In this document: positions 46,690 through 56,154 of the stretch, one piece after another
Layout: each line of letters starts with the position of its first letter
Numbering within the stretch: position 1 is the first letter of the stretch
Source: Cryomorphaceae bacterium
GTDB taxonomy: Bacteria; Bacteroidota; Bacteroidia; Flavobacteriales; Schleiferiaceae
Reading direction: 5' to 3'
DNA: 64,000 nt
Assembly (NCBI GenBank): GCA_003566715.1
Contig: PXCF01000139.1
Coordinates: 18,275-82,274, forward strand
Notes under the pieces: model-generated
Database searches by the model: none
The model's input: only the letters and a program-made list of their open reading frames with translations
What the model was told of the DNA's origin: nothing
Made by a program: the position numbers and the translations under genes

Positions 46690-47646
46690 CTATTGCTTTA
46701 TGGATAGAACATTAGCAAAGTAGTGCTTGCAATCGTAGAACCAGCCGCTTGGTTTTAAGTTGGCATTCGTCATCAACTGCTCAATATCTGCTTTGGTGTA
46801 CTTTCTAGATGTTTCTGTATGAATGGTTTCTCCGGGTTCAAAGGTGATTTTGAGTTGACTGGTAGGAAAGGTTACCACTTGCTTTTTCATACTAATTAAA
46901 TAGCTTCGCGCCTCCTTCCTTTCCGGATCATAAATAGGGTAGTGGGAAAAGTTGTCGAGGTCAAAATCTGTTTTTAGCTCGCGATTACATCGTGTTAGTA
47001 GGTTTAAATTAAACTGTTTGGTGATGCCGTTTTTGTCATTGTAAGCTTCGAGAATGGTGTGTGGGTTTTTGACTAGGTCAAAGCCTATCAAAAGACCGTC
47101 GCCAGGATTGAGTGAATCGCTTAACGATTGAATAAAGTTCGCTTGATTGTCACCTCTTAAATTTCCAATATTTGACCCGAGAAAGAGTACCAGCTTGCGG
47201 TTGTTGCTTGTCTTTTTATCTTTTAAAACGTGAAAATAATCACCGGCAACGGGTGTCATGCGAAGGTTATCAAACGATTTTTTAAACTCAGCCGCCAATA
47301 ATTGCAAGACATTTTTTGAGATGTCTATGGGTACATACGAAAAATCGAGTCCCATCTCCAGCCATTTATTAATGAGCACTTTGGTTTTTGTTCCATCGCC
47401 TGCCCCCAGTTCAATGATTTCAAAAAAGCCTTTTGGATCAAATGTTAACACAATGTCTTTGGCATGATGTAAGAAAACATCCATTTCGCTCCTGCTTAAA
47501 TAATATTCCGGCATATCCATAATGGCCTGAAACAAGGCGTCTCCAGTAGCGTCATAAAAGTATTTACTGGGCAGGCTTTTTGGCTCTTGCGCCAATCCAC
47601 TAATGATGTCTTTTTCCATAAGAGAAATATCTTGATTATTTGTCAT
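46690..47646 (-). CDS. egtD: L-histidine N(alpha)-methyltransferase (ergothioneine biosynthesis)
   Basis: PKSLPSKYFYDATGDALFQAIMDMPEYYLSRSE and ELGAGDGTKT. The start is 47646 (overlapping the egtB stop) or 47619. Confidence 0.8.
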   Translation of the reverse strand: MTNNQDISLMEKDIISGLAQEPKSLPSKYFYDATGDALFQAIMDMPEYYLSRSEMDVFLHHAKDIVLTFDPKGFFEIIELGAGDGTKTKVLINKWLEMGLDFSYVPIDISKNVLQLLAAEFKKSFDNLRMTPVAGDYFHVLKDKKTSNNRKLVLFLGSNIGNLRGDNQANFIQSLSDSLNPGDGLLIGFDLVKNPHTILEAYNDKNGITKQFNLNLLTRCNRELKTDFDLDNFSHYPIYDPERKEARSYLISMKKQVVTFPTSQLKITFEPGETIHTETSRKYTKADIEQLMTNANLKPSGWFYDCKHYFANVLSIKQ

Positions 47647-48793
47647 TGGCCAAACGTATTCCGTTAAACTGCCAGCGGAGGTGGGGGTGAAAGAAGTTGC
47701 GATACGTAGGACGGGTATGACCAATAGCAGTGGCTATGGAGTGCCCCCTAAGTACCATTTGGTTGATCATAAACTTACCATTGTATTCTCCCACAATTCC
47801 TTTCCACGGCTTATATCCGGGATATGGTAAGTAAGCACTGTTGGTCCATTCCCATCGCAGACCGTAATGGAGTTTTGAAGCGGCAACTTCCCATTCGCTT
47901 TCGGAGGGCAAACGTTTGCCCGCCCATAGTGCAAAGGCCGATGCTTCGTAAAAAGATAGGTGGGTAACGGGTGCATCCAGGGGAATATCTTTCGTGCCGT
48001 TGAGGGTGAAAATTTTTGAGCAATCCTCACGCCAATACATAGGGGTAGTGATGTGTTCAGACTTTATCCAATGATATCCTTCCTGATGCCATAAAGAGGG
48101 CGTTTGGTAGCCTTTATCTTGAATAAATTCGAGATAGGCTCTATTGCTGACGAGGTTTGTGGCAATTTCAAATGGATGCAGATAGATTTTGTGTTGAGGC
48201 GCTTCATTGTCGAAGTGAAAATCATTTCCTCCATGGCCTATGATATAAATACCTTCGTCAAATGTTATCCAGTCATTGGTTGTGGTTATTTCATCTGTTT
48301 CTCCAAGATTATACAGCGGTGTTTCAATAAGGTTAAAAGACATGATTTGTTTTATGTCGCTATGCAACAATTCTTGATGCTGCTGTTCGTGATTAATACC
48401 GAGCAAAAGAACAAACTTGGCTTTATCACTTAGCGGTTTTTTTTGAATATAGTCGCATACCTTTTGGGTTATGTAGTATCGATATTCTAGTATGTCATCA
48501 ATCGTAGGTCGGCTCAAGAATCCGCGCATGTTTCTGTTGACTTTTTCCCCAGCGCCTTCGTAGTAGCTGTTGAATAATGTAAGATATATGTGATTGAAAG
48601 GCTGGTAGTCCTTGCAAAATTGAATGAGAAAAAAGTATTCGAAAAACCAAGTGCTGTGTGCCAAATGCCACTTAGGAGGACTCACATCCTCACTTGGTTG
48701 AAGCACGCTGTCTTCGGGTTTTAAGAAGGCGCAAATCTGTTCCGTTTGCTTTCTTGTAGCGGAGAATTGATTGATGATTGTGTTTATGGACAT
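47636..48793 (-). CDS. egtB: Ergothioneine biosynthesis sulfoxide synthase EgtB (DinB_2 domain plus FGE-sulfatase-like domain)
   Basis: PPKWHLAHSTWFFE, NHEQQHQELL (HxxxH iron ligands), WEWTNSAYLPYPGY and NGKFMINQMVLRGHS. Confidence 0.8.
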   Translation of the reverse strand: MSINTIINQFSATRKQTEQICAFLKPEDSVLQPSEDVSPPKWHLAHSTWFFEYFFLIQFCKDYQPFNHIYLTLFNSYYEGAGEKVNRNMRGFLSRPTIDDILEYRYYITQKVCDYIQKKPLSDKAKFVLLLGINHEQQHQELLHSDIKQIMSFNLIETPLYNLGETDEITTTNDWITFDEGIYIIGHGGNDFHFDNEAPQHKIYLHPFEIATNLVSNRAYLEFIQDKGYQTPSLWHQEGYHWIKSEHITTPMYWREDCSKIFTLNGTKDIPLDAPVTHLSFYEASAFALWAGKRLPSESEWEVAASKLHYGLRWEWTNSAYLPYPGYKPWKGIVGEYNGKFMINQMVLRGHSIATAIGHTRPTYRNFFHPHLRWQFNGIRLANDK

Positions 48794-49073
48794 AGTTTTT
48801 TAACGAGGCTCAAATTAAAAAAGTTTACAAGGATAAAGGTATGAACCGAATGGCGAATGCCGCGCGATTGTTTATTTCTTGTGGAAAATTACCGCCATTC
48901 TTGTATTTGCGAGGGTTTAAACATTCGTATATTAGCGTACGATACTTTGATATGTGAATGCATTGAATATATGAAGGAGGTTGGTCGTTCAACAAGACAC
49001 ATTCTGGTAAAGGGTTTTGTTGGTTTATAAATAGAAAACATCAGACTATCAGTTGAGTAAAAGCCCTTAAGAA

Positions 49074-50924
49074 ATGGCAGAGCAAACAAACTATACCGAA
49101 GACAATATTCGGTCGTTGGATTGGAAAGAACATATTCGCCTTCGTCCAGGTATGTATATTGGGAAACTCGGAGACGGAAGTTCTCCGGATGACGGAATAT
49201 ATATTCTTATCAAAGAGGTGCTGGATAACAGCATCGATGAATTTGTAATGGGGACGGGAAAGACCATCGAAGTTAAGGTGTCGGAAGACGAAGTGAGCAT
49301 TCGCGACTATGGTAGAGGTATTCCTTTGGGAAAAGTTATTGATTGTGTGAGCAAAATCAATACCGGTGCCAAGTACGATTCCCAAGCATTTAAAAAATCG
49401 GTAGGTCTCAACGGAGTTGGTACCAAAGCTGTGAACGCGCTTTCAGATTATTTCAAAATCCAAAGTACGCGCGACGGAAAGACTAAGGTAGCGGTATTTG
49501 AAAAAGGAAACTTAAAAGAAGATGCGCCGGTGGTAGATAGTTCTGCCAGAAGAGGAACCTATGTTGTGTTTCGTCCCGACGTCAGCATTTTCCCTAAATT
49601 CCGCTTTGTCCCTGAGTACATCGAGCGGATGATTCGCAATTATTCCTATCTTAATCCGGGTTTAACGATTGTGTTCAACGGAGAAAAATACTTTTCGGAG
49701 AATGGACTCAAGGATTTATTGGAGGAAAACTTAGATACGGCCGTTCTGCACCCCGTAGTTCACCTACGAGGAGAGGACATTGAACTGGCGATAACGCATA
49801 GTGAAAAGTCCCAGTCGGAGACTTATTATAGTTTTGTCAACGGACAGCATACCACGCAAGGAGGAACGCATCAAGCAGCATTGAGAGAAGCTTTAGTAAA
49901 AACCATGCGCGAGCATTACAACAAGCAATTCGACCCCTCAGATGTACGCCAGTCTGTCGTCGCAGCCATCTCCATCAAGGTCATCGAGCCTGTGTTTGAG
50001 TCGCAAACTAAAACCAAGCTGGGTTCCAACGATATGGGGCCAGATTTGCCCACCGTGCGAACCTACGTGATTGATTTTGTAAAAACACATCTCGATAACT
50101 ATCTACACAAAAACCCCGACGTGGCCGAGGCCATACTTAAAAAAATTCAGCGGGCCGAAAGAGAGCGGAAGGACTTGGCTGGTATCAGAAAGTTGGCCAG
50201 AGAACGTGCCAAAAAAGTAAGCTTACACAATAAGAAGTTGCGCGATTGTCGTGTGCATTACACCGATTTAAAAAATGAACGCCGACAAGAGACGACTTTG
50301 TTTATTACCGAAGGAGATTCGGCCAGTGGATCCATCACCAAGGCGAGAGATGTAAACACGCAAGCCGTATTTAGTTTAAAAGGTAAGCCCCTCAATTGTT
50401 ACAATCTCACTAAAAAAGTGGTGTACGAAAATGAGGAGTTTAACTTACTGCAAGCCGCGTTAGACATAGAAGAAGGCTTGGAAAACCTCAGATACAATCA
50501 AGTGGTGATTGCCACCGATGCCGATGTTGATGGCATGCACATTCGCTTATTGTTAATTACCTTTTTCTTGCAGTTTTTTCCCGAACTTGTTCGAGAAGGA
50601 CATTTGTACATCTTGCAAACACCATTATTTAGAGTGCGTAATAAAAAGGAAACCATTTATTGTTACTCAGAAGAAGAGCGACGCAATGCCATGCAGAAGT
50701 TGGGCGGTAAACCTGAAATTACGCGATTTAAAGGCTTGGGAGAAATTTCACCCGATGAATTTAAGTATTTTATTAGCTCGGATATCCGTTTGGACCCGGT
50801 TATGATTGGTAGAGACGGGCAAGTCGATAAGTTGCTGGAATTTTACATGGGAAAAAATACCCCCAAACGCCAAGAGTTTATCATTGAAAATTTGAGGGTT
50901 GAGAAGGATGAGCTCGTAAGTTAA
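49074..50924 (+). CDS. parE: DNA topoisomerase IV subunit B (type IIA topoisomerase ATPase/Toprim subunit)
   Basis: [33 protein letters not shown], Toprim EGDSA and PLRGK-like SLKGKPLN. The 616-aa length and N-terminus fit Bacteroidota ParE rather than GyrB. Confidence 0.8.
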   Translation: MAEQTNYTEDNIRSLDWKEHIRLRPGMYIGKLGDGSSPDDGIYILIKEVLDNSIDEFVMGTGKTIEVKVSEDEVSIRDYGRGIPLGKVIDCVSKINTGAKYDSQAFKKSVGLNGVGTKAVNALSDYFKIQSTRDGKTKVAVFEKGNLKEDAPVVDSSARRGTYVVFRPDVSIFPKFRFVPEYIERMIRNYSYLNPGLTIVFNGEKYFSENGLKDLLEENLDTAVLHPVVHLRGEDIELAITHSEKSQSETYYSFVNGQHTTQGGTHQAALREALVKTMREHYNKQFDPSDVRQSVVAAISIKVIEPVFESQTKTKLGSNDMGPDLPTVRTYVIDFVKTHLDNYLHKNPDVAEAILKKIQRAERERKDLAGIRKLARERAKKVSLHNKKLRDCRVHYTDLKNERRQETTLFITEGDSASGSITKARDVNTQAVFSLKGKPLNCYNLTKKVVYENEEFNLLQAALDIEEGLENLRYNQVVIATDADVDGMHIRLLLITFFLQFFPELVREGHLYILQTPLFRVRNKKETIYCYSEEERRNAMQKLGGKPEITRFKGLGEISPDEFKYFISSDIRLDPVMIGRDGQVDKLLEFYMGKNTPKRQEFIIENLRVEKDELVS

Positions 50925-51048
50925 AGAAACCGTTTTATGTTGGCATTCGATTATTTTTGATATCTATCGATTAATAATTGTCCTGCCACTTTAAATCAGA
51001 TATTTTGACGTTAGTTAATAAATTTGTTGTGCGGAAAAAAGATTTAAC

Positions 51049-51056
51049 TATATTTG
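51049..51056 (+). promoter_or_regulatory. Candidate -7 box (TAnnTTTG) for the small T9SS-CTD gene
   Basis: TATATTTG lies 35 nt upstream of the ATG at 51092. A second match, TAAATTTG, lies at 51019-51026. Confidence 0.35.
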
Positions 51057-51091
51057 CTCATTGGAATGGTTGCATTGAATTGCATATATAA

Positions 51092-51529
51092 ATGAACCAA
51101 ATGTCACGAACTAACTACTATAAATTCATAACACTCACAGTATTTGTTATGACTTTTGTATTTTCATCGCAAGTCAGCGCTCAGATTAGCAGCGGTAATC
51201 CGCTACCCGAAAAGAGTATCGTTGACTGTAATTTGTACATCCCCAACGCTTTTACGCCTAATAATGACGGAAACAATGATAAGTGGGGTGTACGTGTTAA
51301 CCCCGGTTGTGAAGTAGTAGAATTCACTTTGAGAATTGTTGACCGCTGGGGAAGAAAGGTTTTTGAAGAGGTCGAACATGATGAACCTTTTTGGTGGGAC
51401 GGTACCTTTGATGGCACCAATCTCAATTCTGGTGTTTACTTCTACCAAATAACGGCTAGGTTTAATCCGCCTGGTGGTGGAGATACCCAGTTGATCAATC
51501 GACAAGGATCAATCACACTTATCAGATAA
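51092..51529 (+). CDS. Small protein made of a signal peptide plus a T9SS type B (gliding-motility-associated, CHU_C-like) C-terminal sorting domain
   Basis: IPNAFTPNNDGNNDKW...GVYFYQI... is the hallmark of this domain. Only about 16 residues separate the predicted signal cleavage (SAQ) from the domain. Confidence 0.75.
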   Translation: MNQMSRTNYYKFITLTVFVMTFVFSSQVSAQISSGNPLPEKSIVDCNLYIPNAFTPNNDGNNDKWGVRVNPGCEVVEFTLRIVDRWGRKVFEEVEHDEPFWWDGTFDGTNLNSGVYFYQITARFNPPGGGDTQLINRQGSITLIR

Positions 51530-51533
51530 ATTT

Positions 51534-51562
51534 AAACACCGCTTTTTGCGGTGTTTTTTTTT
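51534..51562 (+). terminator. Rho-independent terminator after the small T9SS-CTD gene
   Basis: aaacaccgc-ttttt-gcggtgttt followed by a T-run, 5 nt after the stop. Confidence 0.8.
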
Positions 51563-51853
51563 GCACCTTACTTAATTACTAGGTAAGGGAGGGCGAAGCA
51601 GCGACAGAATAAAGGAAGAGCAGATCTAACGAGTGGGTAATAAATGAAAGTTGCCAGATTAAAAGGGAGGAAGAAAAAAGAAAGCATCGGTAATTAAGGA
51701 GGCCAATCTCTCTCAGTTTACTATACTGCTCTAATGATGATATATATCATCTAATCTGTTTCACGTTATGCCGACATTTGCATAATCAAATCATTCATAG
51801 CTGCTTTTTTCTATATTATAGGAAAAAGTCAAAACACAAAAAAAATAGCAAAA

Positions 51854-52270
51854 ATGAAAAAGCGAGAATCAATTTCTACCATAATGACAGACTCATTGGT
51901 AACAGTTAATCTCAACGATGACTTGAGAAAAGTAAAGGACATCTTTGCCAAAGGTAAATTTCGTCACTTACCGGTGATGGACGGAGAAAAGCTGGTGGGT
52001 ATGGTTAGTAAAAACGATATCATGCGATTGAGCTTTGGTCAGGTTTTCGATAACCAAGGCGACGCAGATGAAGCTGTTTTGGATATGTTGAGCATTGATC
52101 AAATCATGACGCACAACATTACATCCATTGATGTAAATGCCACCGTAAAAGATGCAGCCGAGATATTTGTCTCGAGTAAGTTTCACTCTCTGCCAGTTAT
52201 GCAAGATGGAAAAGTGGTCGGTATTGTTACCAGTACTGACATTATTAAATACATGCTCGATCAGTACTAA
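51854..52270 (+). CDS. CBS-domain pair protein
   Basis: Two CBS repeats (HLPVMDGEKLVGMVSKNDI; SLPVMQDGKVVGIVTSTDI). Confidence 0.85.
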   Translation: MKKRESISTIMTDSLVTVNLNDDLRKVKDIFAKGKFRHLPVMDGEKLVGMVSKNDIMRLSFGQVFDNQGDADEAVLDMLSIDQIMTHNITSIDVNATVKDAAEIFVSSKFHSLPVMQDGKVVGIVTSTDIIKYMLDQY

Positions 52271-52307
52271 AAAAAAAATGGCCGTCTGAAAGACGGCCAT
52301 TTTTTTT
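52268..52307. terminator. Bidirectional rho-independent terminator between the convergent CBS and fasciclin genes
   Basis: An A-run, then atggccgtct-gaa-agacggccat (10-bp perfect stem), then a T-run. Confidence 0.85.
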
Positions 52308-52320
52308 AGATAAATTCTTA

Positions 52321-53322
52321 TTAGTTCAAATCCGGTAGTATCACATTATCGATGATGTGAATGGTACCATTTGTACCGGTGATATCAACAGTAGTAACTG
52401 TTGCCGTACGGTTTTCAGTGTCGGTCAATTCAACATTTCCATTTTGAATAGCTACAGTGAAATCTTGTCCGGCAGCTGTGGTAACCGAACCAGCTTGTAC
52501 ATCTGAAGAACGTACGTCTGCAGGTACGATGTGGTAAGCCAATACGGTGAATAAACCGTCAGTACCTACAGTTGCAACAACATCGTTTAAGTCTGCTGCG
52601 CCCAAATCACTAACCAATTGGTCGAAACCAGCGTTTGAAGGTGCAAATAGTGTGATGAAAGATGTTTCATCGTCCAAAATACTACCAGGATTGTTATCGG
52701 CAACGCTTACTGCTGTTACCAATGCATCAAAGTCATTGTTAGGACCAACAAGACCCAAGATGGTTTGTGGTAAAATAACCGCGTCGATTACGTGAATTAC
52801 CCCGTTGCTGGCTTCAATGTCAGTAGTTACTACATTTGAGCTGCCGTTAATGCTAACACCTCCAGAAGTACTGATGTACATTGACAAGTTGTTGTCATTG
52901 TCGTTGGTTGCCAAAGAACTTACGTAACCAGTAGTTACATCCGATGCCATAACTTTGGTTCCCAATACGTGATATAATAGTACATTGGCCAAACCTTCTG
53001 TTCCCAATGCAGCCTCAAGAGCGTCAAGATCGCTCAAGCCTAAATCGCCTAGCAAACTTGTAAAGGCATCATTGGTAGGCGCAAATACAGTTAAGTTGGC
53101 GTTGGCGTCAGATACTGCGTCTACCAAATTTGCTCTGGTTAATGCGTCAACTAAAATGCTGAAATCTTCATTACCTGCTGCTACGTCAGCAATGGTTTCT
53201 GCTCCGTTACCGTTACCGTTGCCATTTCCGTTTCCATTGTCGTCGTCGTCACTACAAGCTGTAAAGAAACCTGTTCCAGCGATCGCTGCGACTAAAAACA
53301 TGCGATTGAATACTTTTTTCAT
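52321..53322 (-). CDS. Fasciclin (FAS1 x2) lipoprotein
   Basis: Lipobox FFTAC, a DDDDNGNGNGNGNGNG linker, and two FAS1 motifs (TVFAPTNDAF, TLFAPSNAGF; VIHVID, TIHIID). Confidence 0.85.
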   Translation of the reverse strand: MKKVFNRMFLVAAIAGTGFFTACSDDDDNGNGNGNGNGNGAETIADVAAGNEDFSILVDALTRANLVDAVSDANANLTVFAPTNDAFTSLLGDLGLSDLDALEAALGTEGLANVLLYHVLGTKVMASDVTTGYVSSLATNDNDNNLSMYISTSGGVSINGSSNVVTTDIEASNGVIHVIDAVILPQTILGLVGPNNDFDALVTAVSVADNNPGSILDDETSFITLFAPSNAGFDQLVSDLGAADLNDVVATVGTDGLFTVLAYHIVPADVRSSDVQAGSVTTAAGQDFTVAIQNGNVELTDTENRTATVTTVDITGTNGTIHIIDNVILPDLN

Positions 53323-53499
53323 GGTGAGTTTATTTTTTGAATTAGAAACAGATAACGCCAGTAGTTTTCTTTTTGTTTAACGAATGGTGAAAAATGTTCC
53401 ACGTATAATTTGTTTAATGAATAAATAATTGGGGTTAAGTATTTGTAATTTAGGTTTTTGTTGTGGTGTTCTCGTGATGTTAAACTAAACAAAAAAACA

Positions 53500-54834
53500 T
53501 CAATACATCAAAGTGACAACATAAACCAAGCTCGCCACGATCATCATAAGGAAGGTGTAGGGAAGTACCTGATGTGCCTTTAATCCCGTAATAGCCAGAA
53601 GAGGTAATGCCCAAAAAGGCTGCAGCATGTTTGTCAACTGGTCACCGTATGCCATTGCCATAATGCCCTTGGAAATAGGCAAGTTGATGGATTCACATAT
53701 AGACAAAATCAGGGGTCCTTGAACGGCCCATTGACCGCCTCCACTGGGTACAAAAAAGTTAACCAAACCGGCACTGCCCATAATTAAAAATGGCATGCTG
53801 CTTTCAGAGCCGGCTGTAACAAACCACTGGGTGAAGGTTTCAATTAATCCGCCGTGTTTGAGAATACCCATTACGCCAAAATAAAATGGAAACTGAATAA
53901 TGATGGCAGCAGCGCCTTCCATTCCGGCCTTAACCGACTTAAAAAAATTATTGAGGCTGCCATATACCATTAATGCAAATCCCAAGAACAAACCATTGAG
54001 GGCATTGGGGCCAAATGTGTCTTTGTCCAAACTCAATGTCAACATTGTCGTTATCATTAATGCACCGCCAATGAATAGAGCAGGCCACTTTGAATGCTCA
54101 AAGCGTTCTGCCCCTATGGGCTTACTTTCATCGTGTGTTGTGTTGGTATAGGGTGTAAGTTCGTCTATGGCTTTGTTTCTCTTACGGAAAAGAAGCAGAA
54201 CTAAGGGCGCTAAAATCAATAGAAAGACAAAACTGAAAATGTTTTGTGTTGAAAGTATGGTTTCACTTATAGAGAGTGTTTCCGGAAGAGAAGCAATGCT
54301 GTGGTCACTTAATTCCCGAAGGTGGTTTTTCTCTGCCGCCTTCAACGGAGCAGAACCCGATAATCCGCTGTGCCACGTCAACATACCTGAGTATCCGGAT
54401 GCACCTAAGAGTGGAAAGTAGAAGGGTATGTTTCTTTTTTGAAAATTTTCTGCTGTTTTGCGCGCCATCACGGCACCAAACAAGAGACCCAAGCCCCAGT
54501 TAAGCCAGCCAAGGCACATGCTGCTGACCGTTAGTAATACAATGGCTTGTGTTTGGTTATTCACCATATCGATGAGACGATTGATGATTTTACTTACCGG
54601 CGGACTTACGGCCACACTGTAGCCCAAAATCAAGATAAGCGCCATTTGTATGGTAAATACCATCATGGCAGGATCCCAAAAACCCTTTTGCCAATGAAGT
54701 CCTATATCAACAGGCGATTGTTTCTCAACAATAAGAGAAAGGATGGCCGCTATAAAGGTTATAATAACGGCCAACCCAAATGGTCCGGGCAATATTGCTC
54801 GGAACAAACGCTCAATATGACGGGAAAGACCCAT
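53500..54834 (-). CDS. Short-chain fatty acid transporter (AtoE-like) family membrane protein
   Basis: 444-aa polytopic protein. Its N-terminal region and length fit my recollection of the AtoE/TIGR00366 family. Confidence 0.55.
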   Translation of the reverse strand: MGLSRHIERLFRAILPGPFGLAVIITFIAAILSLIVEKQSPVDIGLHWQKGFWDPAMMVFTIQMALILILGYSVAVSPPVSKIINRLIDMVNNQTQAIVLLTVSSMCLGWLNWGLGLLFGAVMARKTAENFQKRNIPFYFPLLGASGYSGMLTWHSGLSGSAPLKAAEKNHLRELSDHSIASLPETLSISETILSTQNIFSFVFLLILAPLVLLLFRKRNKAIDELTPYTNTTHDESKPIGAERFEHSKWPALFIGGALMITTMLTLSLDKDTFGPNALNGLFLGFALMVYGSLNNFFKSVKAGMEGAAAIIIQFPFYFGVMGILKHGGLIETFTQWFVTAGSESSMPFLIMGSAGLVNFFVPSGGGQWAVQGPLILSICESINLPISKGIMAMAYGDQLTNMLQPFWALPLLAITGLKAHQVLPYTFLMMIVASLVYVVTLMY

Positions 54835-54840
54835 CCGTTT

Positions 54841-55224
54841 TTAGAACGGCAAATCGTCGTCACTGCCGCTGTCGGCAGACGACTCCAAAGGAGGTAAATT
54901 TGATGGTGGCGCGCTTGTTTCTGCATGCGAAGGTTGCTGTGGGGCTTCGCTTTGCATTGGTTCAATGCGCCAACCGTGAATGGAGTTAAAGTATTTTACC
55001 TGTCCATCGGGAGCTGTCCACTCTCTTCCGCGTAAATTGATGGAAATCTTCACGTCTTGACCTTCTTGAAAATTGTTCAATAGGTCACATTTATCTTGTA
55101 CAAATTCGATGAGGATGTGTTGTGGATATTGTTCCTGGGTGGTAATCACACATTCTTTTTTTCGAAACGATGCCGTTACTTGTTTTTCGGGGTATAGCTC
55201 TTTGATTCTTCCGGTAACTTCCAT
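54841..55224 (-). CDS. DUF3127 family protein (OB-fold-like) with an SSB-type acidic C-terminal tip
   Basis: The MEVTGRIKELYPEKQVTASFRKKECVITT...YPQHILIEF...GREW...YFNSIHGWRIE pattern, followed by a Pro/Ser/Gln linker and the terminal DDDLPF. Confidence 0.65.
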   Translation of the reverse strand: MEVTGRIKELYPEKQVTASFRKKECVITTQEQYPQHILIEFVQDKCDLLNNFQEGQDVKISINLRGREWTAPDGQVKYFNSIHGWRIEPMQSEAPQQPSHAETSAPPSNLPPLESSADSGSDDDLPF

Positions 55225-55254
55225 AGTTGATGTTTGATTTATAATGATTAAACG

Positions 55255-56154
55255 TTATTTTTGAATGTTGTCGCTCAAAAGAACTTTCCAGGCTTTTTCA
55301 ACTTTTCCTTTGGCCAATAATTCTTTTGCGTAATGGTGAAGCAGTTCGCGGGCTTCCATACCATCGCTGCTGTCGTTAAAGATGGACTGCACACGTGGGT
55401 GATCTAAAACTGTTCTAATGTCTTCATCAGCGGGTAACTGTTCAACGTTACCCAGCATACCTAAATCATTGCCGTCAAAGACGTACGAATTTCTGATGCG
55501 AGGAGGAATGTTGTCTACACCAATACCTTTGTTGCGCAATGGCTTTTCTACTTCAAAAAGTGCGTCACCGTAGGCACGCGCATACCAGTTTCCGCCAAGT
55601 CGAGCAACGAGATCAATTTTGTGCTGGTCAATTTTTCCATCTGCATTGAGTATGTCTTTGCTGATATGCATGTGAATGACTTCACAGATAACCAAATTTC
55701 CGGCACCTCCTTCTTCCCCCAAAGGCACGATGTCTTTTACTTTACACTCCATTTGTACGGGAGATTCCTTTACGCGAGGGGGAGTCACACCCAGAGAGGG
55801 TTCCTCGGTTAAGCCGGCCTTTTTAAACTCGTTGATGCCGGTGTCGTACTCGGTGCTGGAAAGTGAACATTGCTGAACCAATGCGTGGTTGACAATATTG
55901 ATGACCACTTCTTTGGTGGCTTCGCAATTTGTTAAAGTGTCTTTTACTGTATTGTTTCTCACGCGTCTTGCCGGAGAAAAAATCAATATGGGTGGATTGC
56001 TGCTGAATACATTAAAAAAACTAAACGGGCTTAAATTGGGGTTTCCATCTCTGTCTACCGTGCTTGCAAATGCGATGGGGCGTGGGCCAATAGCTGCTTG
56101 TAGGTAAGCCTGTCTTTCCTGGGGGCTTAATTCAGATAACTTCAGTGATATCAT
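55255..56154 (-). CDS. Flavin reductase-like domain protein
   Basis: RPIAFASTVDRDGNPNLSPFSFFN (flavin reductase-like fold) plus a C-terminal extension of about 100 aa. Confidence 0.7.
   Translation of the reverse strand: MISLKLSELSPQERQAYLQAAIGPRPIAFASTVDRDGNPNLSPFSFFNVFSSNPPILIFSPARRVRNNTVKDTLTNCEATKEVVINIVNHALVQQCSLSSTEYDTGINEFKKAGLTEEPSLGVTPPRVKESPVQMECKVKDIVPLGEEGGAGNLVICEVIHMHISKDILNADGKIDQHKIDLVARLGGNWYARAYGDALFEVEKPLRNKGIGVDNIPPRIRNSYVFDGNDLGMLGNVEQLPADEDIRTVLDHPRVQSIFNDSSDGMEARELLHHYAKELLAKGKVEKAWKVLLSDNIQK

Noticed and set aside
53205-53250. GTTACC/GTTTCC hexanucleotide repeats.
   Set aside because: They encode the (NG)n linker after the lipobox of the fasciclin lipoprotein. This may vary in length but is not a separate feature.
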